Source of the DNA: an uncultured delta proteobacterium
Lineage (GTDB): Bacteria; Desulfobacterota; Binatia; UBA9968
Length of the DNA: 64,000 nt
Direction of reading: 5' to 3'
NCBI GenBank assembly: GCA_963727625.1
Contig: CAVSHR010000012.1
Span: forward strand, 1-64,000
Below, piece after piece: positions 44,103 to 53,674 of this stretch. The notes below the pieces were generated by a model. It had not been told where the DNA came from. It did not search any database and saw nothing but the letters and a program-made list of their open reading frames with translations. Position 1 is the stretch's first letter; each line of letters opens with the position of its first letter. Both the position numbers and the translations under genes were made by a program.

Positions 44103-45068
44103 ATGATCATCAACTGTGTAGCTTATCAGAACGGCCGCAAGCTCGCCGATATTTCCGTAAATGAAATTCGTACTTACACCAGCCGTCCCGATTGTTTCGT
44201 CTGGGTGGCGCTCAAGGATCCCGATCCCGCCGAGCTCCAGGCGATGCGGGACGAGTTCGACTTGCATGATCTCGCCGTGGAAGACGCGCAGCATGGCCAC
44301 CAGCGCCCTAAGGTCGACGAATATGATCACTCGCTGTTCGCCGTCTTGCACTTGATCGAGACGCATGACGACGAGCTACGCGTCGGCGAAGTCGCGATAT
44401 TTGCCGGAATTCGCTATGTGCTTTCCGTGCGTTCGCGCGCCGAGAGCGGCTTCACCGATGTGCGCGCCCGCTGCGAGCGGGAACCCGAGCTCTTGAGCCA
44501 TGGATCGGGCTACGTGCTCTACGCGCTAATGGACGCGGTGGTCGATCGTTATTTTCCAGTCCTCGACAGCATTGAATCCGCCATCGAAGACATCGAGGAA
44601 CGCATTTTCGCCGATCAGCCCGCGCGAGAGAGCATCGAGGCGCTCTACAGCATGAAACGCAAATTGATGGTTCTCAAACATGCCACCGAGCCATTGCTGG
44701 AGGCCACGGGCAAGCTCTTTGCCGGCCGGGTGCCGCAACTCTGCGCCGATCTGCAGGATTATTTTCGTGACGTGTACGATCACTTGCTCCGACTCAACCA
44801 AGCGGTCGACAGCCTGCGCGACATGGTGACCACCGCCATCTCGGTGACGATTTCGTTGATCTCGATTCAGGAAAACGAAGTGACCAAGAAGCTCGCCTCC
44901 TACGCCGCGCTGGTTGCAGTGCCCACGCTGATCGCCGGAGTTTACGGCATGAATTTTCAAATGATGCCGGAATTGAGCTGGATCTGGGGCTATCCGCTGA
45001 CTCTGGCCGTGATGGGCGGGATCGACATCTACCTTTTCTTCCGCTTTCGCCGCGCCCACTGGCTTTAG
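44103..45068 (+). CDS. corA: Magnesium/cobalt transporter CorA
   Basis: LHDLAVED...QRPKVD.Y, PTLIAGVYGMNF..MPEL.W..GY. Confidence 0.93.
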   Translation: MIINCVAYQNGRKLADISVNEIRTYTSRPDCFVWVALKDPDPAELQAMRDEFDLHDLAVEDAQHGHQRPKVDEYDHSLFAVLHLIETHDDELRVGEVAIFAGIRYVLSVRSRAESGFTDVRARCEREPELLSHGSGYVLYALMDAVVDRYFPVLDSIESAIEDIEERIFADQPARESIEALYSMKRKLMVLKHATEPLLEATGKLFAGRVPQLCADLQDYFRDVYDHLLRLNQAVDSLRDMVTTAISVTISLISIQENEVTKKLASYAALVAVPTLIAGVYGMNFQMMPELSWIWGYPLTLAVMGGIDIYLFFRFRRAHWL

Positions 45069-45122
45069 CAGCCAAGGCCCGCGAAATTTGCGCGCAGCGC
45101 GCCAAACGCCGCTTACTCGATG

Positions 45123-45857
45123 TTAGCCCGGAGGCGCAAGTTCCTGCAGTGCCGGTAAGAGTTCGTCAAAGCTTCGGATCACCGTCTTGGGTTGCGCCGC
45201 CCGCAAGGTTTCTTCATCGTTGTAGGCGTGCTCGGTCATAAACGCTACGGGAAGAACTTCCAGGTAGGTGTCGCCGACCTTGCAGCCATGGGCATTGTTG
45301 CCGGCCTTCAAATAAGTCGCCGTTCCGCTCAACAAAACCACGCGCATATGCTGAGGCCGGTGCTTGCGGTAGAGATAGTAAATTCCCTGCTCCTTGGCGT
45401 AGTAGGTTTCATCGCGGTCGATGATCTCGTCGAAGTAGCTGCCGATACCAGCTTTCTCCATCGCCTGATGCTTATAGCGCCGCCCGCCCGTCGTCATGAG
45501 GATATTTCGCAGGCCCGCTTTTTTTGTTTCTTTCAGCGATTGTTCAATGCCCGGTATGAACTCCGGCGGATTGACATCGAAGCCCTGCTTCTGCGCGATT
45601 GCAAGCGCTTGACGGCGGATCTCGACCCGCTTCGCTTCGTTAAACTGCAGGCTGCGATCCTTCTCGTATTCTTTGGCGAAGATCAGCGGAATGAGAAACA
45701 GATCGAAGGGTCCGTCGGCGACTTTTCTCAGCTGTTCGAAAGCGAGCGGTTTTAGACCGTAGCGCGGCAAAAGCTCGTTGGCGATCACCTGCACACGGCG
45801 AATATCGGTCTCCACCGTGTCTGACATCGTGCGCACCAAGAAAGTTTCAACTGACAT
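45123..45857 (-). CDS. HAD-like fold protein lacking an evident DxD motif
   Basis: IPGIEQSLKE.KKAGL...MTTG...EKAGIGSYFDEII..D...K and L.AAQPKTVI.SFDEL, but no N-terminal DxDGT. Confidence 0.55.
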   Translation of the reverse strand: MSVETFLVRTMSDTVETDIRRVQVIANELLPRYGLKPLAFEQLRKVADGPFDLFLIPLIFAKEYEKDRSLQFNEAKRVEIRRQALAIAQKQGFDVNPPEFIPGIEQSLKETKKAGLRNILMTTGGRRYKHQAMEKAGIGSYFDEIIDRDETYYAKEQGIYYLYRKHRPQHMRVVLLSGTATYLKAGNNAHGCKVGDTYLEVLPVAFMTEHAYNDEETLRAAQPKTVIRSFDELLPALQELAPPG

Positions 45858-45991
45858 GGCGCTGCCCTCCCACAGAGGGGATCCTAGTCAAAGGAGAGTA
45901 ATGAGACAAGGGTTAAACAATTCCAAATCACCGAATTAGCAATCACCGCCTGCCCATAGTTGTGGAATCTAGAATTTTGCATTGCGACGGT

Positions 45992-46279
45992 CTAGCTCGC
46001 ATCCCCGGGTGCTTCAAACGGCAGACGATATTTGCGCCCGGAATTGCATTTCTTGCAACTTGACACCAGGTTGCCTTTGGTCGATTTGCCGCCGCGGACA
46101 ATCGGCACCAGGTGATCCATGGTCAAATCCCCCGGCACAAACTTAGCGCCGCAATGATGGCATAGGCCGGCGGCGCGCTTGCGCTTCCACCATTGGCTGG
46201 AGCGCAGCTCGCGCGCTTTCTGCCGTTCGCGGCGGATTTGCTCTTCGGAGACTTCGATTAGAAAGGGGTCGGCTTGCAC
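45992..46279 (-). CDS. Small HNH endonuclease
   Basis: CHHC...LTMDHLVPIVRGGKSTKGNLV..CKKCN..RK. Confidence 0.88.
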   Translation of the reverse strand: MQADPFLIEVSEEQIRRERQKARELRSSQWWKRKRAAGLCHHCGAKFVPGDLTMDHLVPIVRGGKSTKGNLVSSCKKCNSGRKYRLPFEAPGDAS

Positions 46280-46286
46280 AATAATT

Positions 46287-46484
46287 TTATTTTAGTTTGT
46301 ACCAGTGCCTTAGGTTCTTGAGGTAAACACCAAAGGCGGCGGCGACCAACAGATAAAGGCCGCTTCGCGCCGCGGCCCAGAATTCGCCGCTATGGGAGTA
46401 GTTTTGCCACTCCCAGAAGGCGAAGAAAATAAAAAAAACCGTCGCGCTGCCGATCAGGATCTTATGCGCCGTAATCAGTCGCAT
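46287..46484 (-). CDS. Small two-TM membrane protein, unknown function
   Basis: MRLITAHKILIGSATVFFIFFAFW...LYLLVAAAFGVYL. Confidence 0.65.
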   Translation of the reverse strand: MRLITAHKILIGSATVFFIFFAFWEWQNYSHSGEFWAAARSGLYLLVAAAFGVYLKNLRHWYKLK

Positions 46485-46601
46485 TCCACTAATACTGAAG
46501 CATAAGCGATCCACCCGGCGCAAGGGCGAGCGCTTTCACCGCGTTGCGCCTGCGAGAATCTTGGTATAGCTGTTTCAGACGGCCAAAGGAGGAAACCTGC
46601 C

Positions 46602-46982
46602 ATGAACAAAGAAGTCGTCAGCACGGCTAAGGCGCCCAAAGCCATCGGTCCCTATGAACAGGCGATCCTAGTCGGCGAGTTCGTCTACGCCTCCGGGCAG
46701 ATCCCGCTCGATCCGAAAACCGGCAACCTCGTCGAAGGCGGTACCGCCGTTCAAACCCGGCAAGTGATGGAGAATCTCAAAGCGGTCCTCGAGGCTGCCG
46801 GCTCGTCTTTCGATCGAGTCGTCAAAACAACGGTGTTTTTGAAAAACATCGGCGACTTCGCGGCCATGAACGAGGTCTATACGGAATATCTCGGCAAGGC
46901 CAAACCGGCCCGTTCCACCGTTGCGGTGGCGGATTTGCCGCGTGGCGCGCTGGTCGAGATCGATTTAGTCGCGTTGGCCTAA
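46602..46982 (+). CDS. ridA: RidA family enamine/imine deaminase
   Basis: APKAIGPYEQA, SGQIPLDP, VVKTTVFL, PARSTVAV..LP.GALVEID. Confidence 0.93.
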   Translation: MNKEVVSTAKAPKAIGPYEQAILVGEFVYASGQIPLDPKTGNLVEGGTAVQTRQVMENLKAVLEAAGSSFDRVVKTTVFLKNIGDFAAMNEVYTEYLGKAKPARSTVAVADLPRGALVEIDLVALA

Positions 46983-46996
46983 CATAGGCGCGCCGA

Positions 46997-47566
46997 TCAA
47001 ACTCCCAAAACCATTCGCACCAAGCTTTGCAGCACGAGTTTCGCCGCATCGGTGAGACTCGTGCCGACAACGTCGCCATCTTCCTCTGCGCCGCGCGGAT
47101 AGGCGAATATTCCTTTGGTCCCGGTCACCACCCAGGATTTCGGATCGGTGTACACTTGCGGCAAGGCCGCCACGAGCTTGGCGCCGCCCATTTTCTTCAC
47201 GCGGGTGTCTTTTTGATATTCCTTGTAGCGGCGGAACTGGCCGCGATTGAGCCACAGGCCGTCACAGTGTCGGCAACGGCGCAGTTGAATCTCTTTTGGC
47301 AGAATCGGGTCGGCAAATATCTCCAGCTTGTCGGCGCAGCGCGGGCAATACAGTTTTTTTTGTGGCTGGCGCATCTTTTCCCGCAGCAAATCTTCGTCCA
47401 AGGGGTCCAAGCGATCGGCTTCGTCGGGGTCGATAGGAAACAGCTCCCACTTGTCGCACCAAATGCCGCCGCATTTGCCGCACTGGTCGAGTTGAATGAG
47501 CGTGCCGGGCGTCGCTCGAGCTACCACTTCGGCCATCTCTCGCTCGCATTGGGGGCAGTTCAGCAA
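46997..47566 (-). CDS. Protein with two TFIIB-type zinc ribbons
   Basis: CPQC...DQCGKCGGIWCDKWEL and CPRC...CRHCDGLWLNRGQ. Confidence 0.8.
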   Translation of the reverse strand: MLNCPQCEREMAEVVARATPGTLIQLDQCGKCGGIWCDKWELFPIDPDEADRLDPLDEDLLREKMRQPQKKLYCPRCADKLEIFADPILPKEIQLRRCRHCDGLWLNRGQFRRYKEYQKDTRVKKMGGAKLVAALPQVYTDPKSWVVTGTKGIFAYPRGAEEDGDVVGTSLTDAAKLVLQSLVRMVLGV

Positions 47567-47568
47567 AA

Positions 47569-48579
47569 TTACCGGCTCCCACCGATGGATTGAACGAATG
47601 ATCCTGGCGCCACGCTCGGCGCCAGGCCGGCCATCCGATACAGAAGCGCGATGCGGCGCTCGATCGGCGGATGGCTGGCGAGAAAATCCGCCAGTTTGCC
47701 GTCCCTTTCATCCACCCGCCGGCGCAGCGGATTGACCAAAAACAGATGCGCCGTGCCGCGCGTGGCTTTGTGAAACGGCATCGTCTCGTCGCGGATTTTT
47801 TCCAAGGCCCGCGCCAGCCCGCGCGGGTTGCGCGTGTACTGGGCGGCCGTGGCATCCGCGAGATATTCCCTTTGACGCGATACTGCCATGGCCAAGAGCC
47901 GCGCGATCAGCGGCGATAACGCAATCAAGAGCAGCACCGGCATGAACACGAGGGGATTTTTCCGGCCAAAACGGCGCCCTGTGCGCGAGCTATAAAAGCC
48001 GCGCCGGCCCCAATCGGCGAGGATGGCGATTCCGCCCAAGAGAATGCTCACCAGGGTCATCAGTAAAACGTCATCGTTGCGGATATGGGAGATCTCATGC
48101 GCCACCACACCCTGGGTTTGCTCTCGGTCCAGCGCCGTCAACAGCCCGCTGGTCACGCAGATTGCGGCGTTCTTGTCGTTGGTGCCCGTCGCCAAGGCGT
48201 TGGGCGCCGGGTCATAGATCACAAATACCCGCGGCATCGGCGAGCCCGACGCCAGCGCCATCTCGGTGACGATGTTATGTAACTCGCGATGCTCGGGAAT
48301 CGCCAAGCTGAGCTTCTCCGCGCCCAGGGATGAGATAATGATGTCGCTGCCGCCGTAATATGCCGTGAGCGTCATGAAGGTCGCCAGGGCCAGAGAAACA
48401 ATCGTCGCGATCGGGAACGCCGGCCCCGCCGGCGTGAACGCGTCGAAATAGAGGTAGTCGATGGCGCCGCCGATCAACAGAAAGAATAGGATGAAAAGCG
48501 CCACCAGCGCCGCACTCCAGCGCTGGTTATAAACCTGGCGGGCGACGAAATCCAAGGCTTGCGGCGAGTCCAGTGGCAA
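47569..48579 (-). CDS. htpX: M48 zinc metalloprotease HtpX
   Basis: PNALATG, GVVAHEISHIRN, SRQREYLAD, SHPPIERRI. Confidence 0.9.
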   Translation of the reverse strand: MPLDSPQALDFVARQVYNQRWSAALVALFILFFLLIGGAIDYLYFDAFTPAGPAFPIATIVSLALATFMTLTAYYGGSDIIISSLGAEKLSLAIPEHRELHNIVTEMALASGSPMPRVFVIYDPAPNALATGTNDKNAAICVTSGLLTALDREQTQGVVAHEISHIRNDDVLLMTLVSILLGGIAILADWGRRGFYSSRTGRRFGRKNPLVFMPVLLLIALSPLIARLLAMAVSRQREYLADATAAQYTRNPRGLARALEKIRDETMPFHKATRGTAHLFLVNPLRRRVDERDGKLADFLASHPPIERRIALLYRMAGLAPSVAPGSFVQSIGGSR

Positions 48580-48591
48580 GACTCCCAGAGC

Positions 48592-49149
48592 TTAACGACC
48601 GAGCGAGAGATTTACCTGCGGCACTGTTTTTTCCGCCGCCGCTACCTCGAAGATTTCACTGGGCTTGAAGCCGAAAAAACCGGCCAACATGTTCGACGGA
48701 AAGACCTGTTGCTTGGTGTTATATTGCGTCACCAGATCGTTGTAGTACTGGCGCGCAAAGGAGATCTGATTTTCAGTGGTGGTCAGCTCCTCTTGCAGGT
48801 CCAAAACGTTTTTGCTGGCCTTGAGCTCCGGGTAATTCTCCATCAATGCAAAGACTTTGCCGAGGGATTCGGTCAGCGCGTTCTGGGCCTCGGCGGTTGC
48901 CTTGACGCCCCGTGACGCCATCGCTTGGCTGCGTGCTTCGATGACCTTTTGCAACGTGTCCTGCTCGTACTGCATGTAGCCCTTGACGGTCTCGACGAGA
49001 TTCGGAATCAAATCGTAGCGCCGTTTGAGCTGCACGTCGATTTGCCCCCAAGCGTTTTGAATTCTCAGCCGCAGCGCCGTGAGCCCGTTGTAGGTGGAAA
49101 TGATCCAGATCCCGAGCACGAAGATGATCGCCCAGAAGATAAAGATCAT
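48592..49149 (-). CDS. lemA: LemA family protein (TM-anchored)
   Basis: AWGQIDVQLKRRYDLIPNLVETVKGY, ENYPELKAS, TENQISFARQYYN. Confidence 0.93.
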   Translation of the reverse strand: MIFIFWAIIFVLGIWIISTYNGLTALRLRIQNAWGQIDVQLKRRYDLIPNLVETVKGYMQYEQDTLQKVIEARSQAMASRGVKATAEAQNALTESLGKVFALMENYPELKASKNVLDLQEELTTTENQISFARQYYNDLVTQYNTKQQVFPSNMLAGFFGFKPSEIFEVAAAEKTVPQVNLSLGR

Positions 49150-50174
49150 AACGCGCGCGCTCCCGTCATTTCGTCGTAAAATAAGATGGCCTTGCTCACG
49201 TCGCGCACCCGCGCCGCGCCGGTCATGGTCATGACTCGCTGCATCTCCTCGGCAAAAATGGCGAATACACGTTCGACTGCCGGCGCGCCGAACGCGCCTA
49301 CGCCCCAGGCAACTGGCCGGCCGATGAGCACCGCCTCCGCTCCCAGCGCGAGTGCCTTGACAATGTCGCCGCCGCTGCGAATACCGCTGTCGAGCAACAC
49401 CGGCACCTTTCTGCCGGCGGCGTCGACGACTTCCGGCATCGCTTCGAGCGCCGAGCGGTTAAAGTCGAGGATGCGTCCGCCGTGATTGGAAACCACCAGC
49501 GCATCGGCGCCGGCGCCGATGGCGGCGCGGGCGTCATCGGCGCCCATGATCCCTTTGACGACCACCGGCAGCTTTACTTGCTGTTTCATCCACTCGATAT
49601 CCTTCAGCGTCGATTTATGACCCTTGCGCGGTTTGCCGTCTTTGGTCGAGAGCGGCACTTCATCGCCGATCTTGACCGGCCGCACCGTGTCCATGGTGAT
49701 GCCCACCGCGGCGTATCCGAGATCTTCGGATAATTTGGCGTACTGGGATACTTCTTCTTTGCCGCGGTTCATGTAGGCCATGAACACCAGCGGTGATTTG
49801 GCCGCGTCGCGCCAATCTTTGGGGTTGAACTTGGCGGCCTGGCTGACGAACATCATCGCGCCCGCGCTCGCCGTGCCCTCCGCCACCTGTCGCTCAGCGT
49901 CTTCGCCGATCAAGCTGAAACTTCCCACCGGCGCGGTGATTGCTGGAATCGGCAACTTGTGGCCGAACAGTTCGATGGAAATATCCGGATCGGAAACGTC
50001 GTGAAATATTTTCTGGCGAAACAGATACCGGCGAAACGCGCGCGGGTTACGATGAAACGTCGCTCTGGTTTCAGCGGCGCCGTTGAAGTGTTTCCAGGCT
50101 TCGGCGGGCGTTTTCTGGCGCATGATCTTTTGCAGATCGCGCAGGCCCATTTGCTCGAGCGGTTTTTCAGTCAT
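49146..50174 (-). CDS. FMN-dependent alpha-hydroxy-acid oxidase/dehydrogenase
   Basis: LPVVVKGI, VVSNHGGR, DSGIRSGGDIVKALALGA..V.IGRP. Start at ATG 50174. Confidence 0.92.
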   Translation of the reverse strand: MTEKPLEQMGLRDLQKIMRQKTPAEAWKHFNGAAETRATFHRNPRAFRRYLFRQKIFHDVSDPDISIELFGHKLPIPAITAPVGSFSLIGEDAERQVAEGTASAGAMMFVSQAAKFNPKDWRDAAKSPLVFMAYMNRGKEEVSQYAKLSEDLGYAAVGITMDTVRPVKIGDEVPLSTKDGKPRKGHKSTLKDIEWMKQQVKLPVVVKGIMGADDARAAIGAGADALVVSNHGGRILDFNRSALEAMPEVVDAAGRKVPVLLDSGIRSGGDIVKALALGAEAVLIGRPVAWGVGAFGAPAVERVFAIFAEEMQRVMTMTGAARVRDVSKAILFYDEMTGARAL

Positions 50175-50181
50175 GACCACC

Positions 50182-51033
50182 TCAGTTCGGCGAAGCGATT
50201 TCCCAGCAGTTGGTCCCGGGGTCCCGGAAATAAAACGACGCCGACCCATCGGTTTGGTTGAGTGGCGACAACTCGTTGATTCCAAGCGCCTGACCCGAGT
50301 CGGTCAACTCCCAATGAGCCTCAAGCACCGTCGCCTTGGACTCGACCGTCAAGGTGTTGCGGAAGTTCGGCGAAAAGACTTTTGGATTCTCGCGCAGGGC
50401 GCAAACGATGTAAGTCTTCGTGCTCGGATGCTTCACGTAGATCACGTGACTGCTGAAACGGTGCACTTCTAGGTTCAATACGTCGGTATAAAAATGCTTG
50501 CTGACTTCCATGTCGCGGGAAACCAACGTCCCGTGGGTGAAAGCCTGCGGCACATAACCGCGGCCGGGGAAGCGCTGTTCAGGATAGATATCTTCCCAAT
50601 GTGGTTTTTTCACCCCGCCGAATTTTTGCGCCGCGGCTTCCTTGCGCGAAAAATCTTCGTAGCACTCGATTTCCCAGCCGTTGGTTCCCGGTTCGACGAA
50701 ATAGCAGGAATAGGAACCGTGGCTCCAGGTCGGTTTGCCAATCGCGCCGAGCTTGTATTCGGCTTTACGAGCGCTGAGGTAATCGTAGGCCCGGTCGACT
50801 TCTTCCGTGGTCATCACGCGTACGCCCCAGTGATTGTGCATCGGTTTGGCTGGAGCATCGGGCCCCGCTTCATGAAGCACGAGCAGCCAAGGCGAATTGG
50901 GGTGTTTGAGCGTCGCCTCGCCGGGTTTTTCAGAGATCTTCTCGAATGCCAACAAGTCGATCATCACGGCCATGGACTCCCGCAAATTACGGCATTCCAT
51001 ATGAGTGGCGGAAAGTGCGGCAGGCTTGATCAT
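50182..51033 (-). CDS. Two-domain VOC (glyoxalase/extradiol dioxygenase-like) protein
   Basis: HWGV...SCYFVEPGTNGWEIE and THGTL...SFYFRDPGTNCWEI. Confidence 0.85.
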   Translation of the reverse strand: MIKPAALSATHMECRNLRESMAVMIDLLAFEKISEKPGEATLKHPNSPWLLVLHEAGPDAPAKPMHNHWGVRVMTTEEVDRAYDYLSARKAEYKLGAIGKPTWSHGSYSCYFVEPGTNGWEIECYEDFSRKEAAAQKFGGVKKPHWEDIYPEQRFPGRGYVPQAFTHGTLVSRDMEVSKHFYTDVLNLEVHRFSSHVIYVKHPSTKTYIVCALRENPKVFSPNFRNTLTVESKATVLEAHWELTDSGQALGINELSPLNQTDGSASFYFRDPGTNCWEIASPN

Positions 51034-51071
51034 GACAATCCTCTCGGACGATGGAGTCTATAATTTTTTGA

Positions 51072-51100
51072 AATCTACAGCGGTAGCCCTAACCTGTCAA
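51072..51100 (-). promoter_or_regulatory. sigma70-like promoter for the VOC operon
   Basis: TTGACA-N17-TAGATT on the minus strand. Confidence 0.6.
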
Positions 51101-51190
51101 ATCGACTCTATCCGGAAATTACGTCAGGACAGAGTCTCCCTGAGCGAAGCGAACGGCCTTAATCGACCCTTCCTGCAGCGTAAATTCATC

Positions 51191-51219
51191 TTGACACCAA
51201 CCGGGCTTTTACTTAGATT
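51191..51219 (+). promoter_or_regulatory. sigma70-like promoter, divergent partner
   Basis: TTGACA-N17-TAGATT on the plus strand, with hexamers identical to the divergent promoter. Confidence 0.6.
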
Positions 51220-51305
51220 CGCGCAGTTTTGCCGCGGGTTCCGAACAAGCCCGGCAATCGAACCAAGCAGGAGAGCAAGATCCGGCGAACTACTAGCGTC
51301 CGTCC

Positions 51306-51515
51306 GTGTTGCCGCCTGGGACGCCGAAGGACCGGATCCAGATACTCCGCAAAGCGTTCATGGACACAACCCAAAATGCCGAGTTTCTCGCCGAGGCGAA
51401 AAAAGCAAAGTTAGACATCAATCCGGACGACGATGCCACTCTGGAGCAAAACGTGAAAGATATTTTAAAACTTGATCGGGCCCTTGTAGCGAAGCTAAAG
51501 AAGATTTTGAAGTAA
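51306..51515 (+). pseudogene. C-terminal remnant of a TctC/Bug-type solute receptor
   Basis: LPPGTPKDRIQILRKAF......EFLAEAKK.KLDINP; no N-terminal part present. Confidence 0.65.
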
Positions 51516-51590
51516 CCGTCCCGCAGAGACTGCGATCCTGAACGGACCGAAGGAACTCGCTCCGCCGAGCGACGAAGGAGCAAACCAGCC

Positions 51591-52798
51591 ATGCCGGATT
51601 TCAAACTGATTTCCGCCGACAGCCACGTCAACGAACCGCCAGCCGCCTGGGAGCGCGTGCAAAAGCTATACGGCGATCGCGCGCCAAGAGTAGCCAAGGA
51701 TCCTCCCGGCGTTCCCAAAGGCATCTGGCTCCTCATCGACGGCCTACCACCGGTCGGCTTGTCGCATTACTCGAAGGGGCTCGTGGTCACCAAGAACAAA
51801 GGCATCTCCGAAGTCGAGCAGGAAAAACATTTCGAAACCATCCGCTTCAACGAATATTTTCGTTACGAAGATTATCCGGGAGGCTGGGAACCCGCTGCCC
51901 GTATAAAAGACCAGGAGACCGACGGCGTCGAAGCGGAAGTGCTCTTCTCCAGCGCTGCGCGCCAGCTCTATAGCATCACCGACGAACCCTTTCAGCGCGC
52001 CATTTTTGGCTCGTACAATGCCTGGCTCCATGAATTTTGCAGCCACAACCCAAAACGGCTCATCGGCTTGGCGACGCTGTCGATCTTGGACATCGAGCAC
52101 ACGGTCGCGGACATCTATGAATACGCCAAACTCGGTTTTCGCGGCGTGCAAATCCCTACTCGAATCCGAGATAGTGGCTACTATGAAGCCAAGTACGAGC
52201 CAATGTGGGCGACGCTGGAAGAAACCGGCATGATCGTAAACGTTCACACGAGCGCGACCCAAGGCGTCGCGCGCACGCACTACGAAGGGCCGCGCGAGGT
52301 CGATCCAAAAAAACAAAGCCTCGGCTTCGCCACCAAGCAAGCGCCGGCGCAGCAATTCCTCGGCAACATGATTCTGTCCGGCGTCTTCGACCGTCATCCC
52401 TAAACTCAAAGTCGTCTGCGCCGAGTTCGACGTCCGGCTGGGTCGCCAACCTAGTGCAGCAGGTCGACTACTGGTTCGGCCGCGCCAGCACCTTCGACGC
52501 CGAGAAAAATATCAACAAGCTCCCGCCCAGTGAGTATTTCAAACGAAACTCTTTCTTCACCTATCAAGATGACCGTGCCGGAGTATTGACGACGTTCGTG
52601 TACGGCGAGGATAATTTCCTCTGGGCGAGCGACTACCCCCATGGTGTCACCACTTGGCCAAACTCACAAGCGACCATCGATCGAAATTGCGCCGGGATCG
52701 ATCGGGCGGTCAAGAGCAAATTGAACCGCGACAACGTCGCCAAGCTTTATCGTTTGACGGATGGAGTATTGCATTGGACGGGTTTAAAAAATTTTTGA
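51591..52798 (+). pseudogene. Amidohydrolase_2 family protein, two +1 frameshifts near 52400 and 52435
   Basis: ISADSHVNEP, DGVEAEVLF, YNAWL.EFC, SGVFDRHP|KLKVVCAEFDV|GWV, WASDYPH. Could be sequencing errors. Confidence 0.8.
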
Positions 52799-52925
52799 AC
52801 AAACGGCACAAAAAGATCTCAGATGCGAGGCGTGCGATGAATCGACGAGCGGAGGCGTAGGCATGAAGCACGTTGGAGCGAGGCGGTCGAACGGACCTGA
52901 AGCAGGTGAGTTTTTTTAAGCAGTC
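52777..52925. mobile_element. Degenerate MITE-like ~150-bp element
   Basis: Imperfect terminal inverted ends (gacgggtttaaaaaa / tttttttaagcagtc) around CAGATGCGAGGCG...GAGGCGTA; non-coding. Confidence 0.4.
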
Positions 52926-52938
52926 TGCCGGGGGAATC

Positions 52939-53157
52939 ATGAAAATCACGATTGATCGCACCAAATGCGACGGCTACGCCAAATGCGTCCAAGCCGCGCC
53001 CAAAGTGTTCCGACTCGATGCCAAGATGATCGCCGAAGTCATCGACCCCAAGGCCGACACCGACGAGAAAATTCTCCTCACGGCGAAAATCTGCCCGACG
53101 AAAGCAATTGTTTTGGAAGAAGAAGCGACGGGCAAGAGGATTTTTCCGTCGGAATAA
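52939..53157 (+). CDS. Ferredoxin (single cluster, probably 3Fe-4S)
   Basis: IDRTKCDGYAKC...AP.VF...CPTKAI. Confidence 0.88.
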   Translation: MKITIDRTKCDGYAKCVQAAPKVFRLDAKMIAEVIDPKADTDEKILLTAKICPTKAIVLEEEATGKRIFPSE

Positions 53158-53666
53158 TCTGTTGCGCCATCGGCACGGGGAGAAATCTAGCTTACTATCC
53201 GAGCGATTGCCGCATCATCGCTCTGGATCTCAGCAGCGAAATGTTAAAAGTTGCTCGAAACAAAGCAGCAAAGCTATCGGCGCACGTCTCTTTCGTATTG
53301 ACAGGTGGCGAAACTCTTCCTTTTCGGGATGGCCGGTTTGACACGGTAGTCACTTCCCTCTCAACCAGCACCTTTCCCGATCCCGTGGCGGCGCTTAAGA
53401 AAATCAAACGCGTTTGTCACCCGGCAGGAAAAGTTCTTCTGCTGGAACACGGCCGCAGCGATCGCGAGCGGCTTAGCCGCTGGCAGGATCGCCACGCGGA
53501 CCCGATCGCTAAACAGCTTGGCTGTCATTGGAACCGTGAACCCCTCGCCATGGTGCTCAAAGCTGGCTTAAACGTGAGGCGCGCGCGTCGGCTTTCCCTG
53601 GCATTTTCTATCAAATCGAAGCTGCGCCGGGATCCATCGAGCCAAGCTTTGAGATATCCGCGTTGA
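53158..53666 (+). pseudogene. Class I SAM methyltransferase, N-terminally truncated
   Basis: AIGTGRNL.YYP...ALDLS.EML..A, LPF.DGRFDTVV, P.GKVLLLEHGRS, GCHWNR; no start of its own. Confidence 0.7.
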
Positions 53667-53674
53667 GCTGGTAA

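Noticed and set aside
43323-44366. 347-aa extended macrodomain ORF
   Set aside because: The extension is antisense to corA and intergenic DNA; the domain starts at ATG 43877.
45992-46279. HNH nuclease as a mobile or defence marker
   Set aside because: Small stand-alone HNH among housekeeping genes with no mobility context.
52401-52403. Stop in the amidohydrolase as possible recoding
   Set aside because: It is TAA created by a +1 insertion, not TGA at a Cys position.
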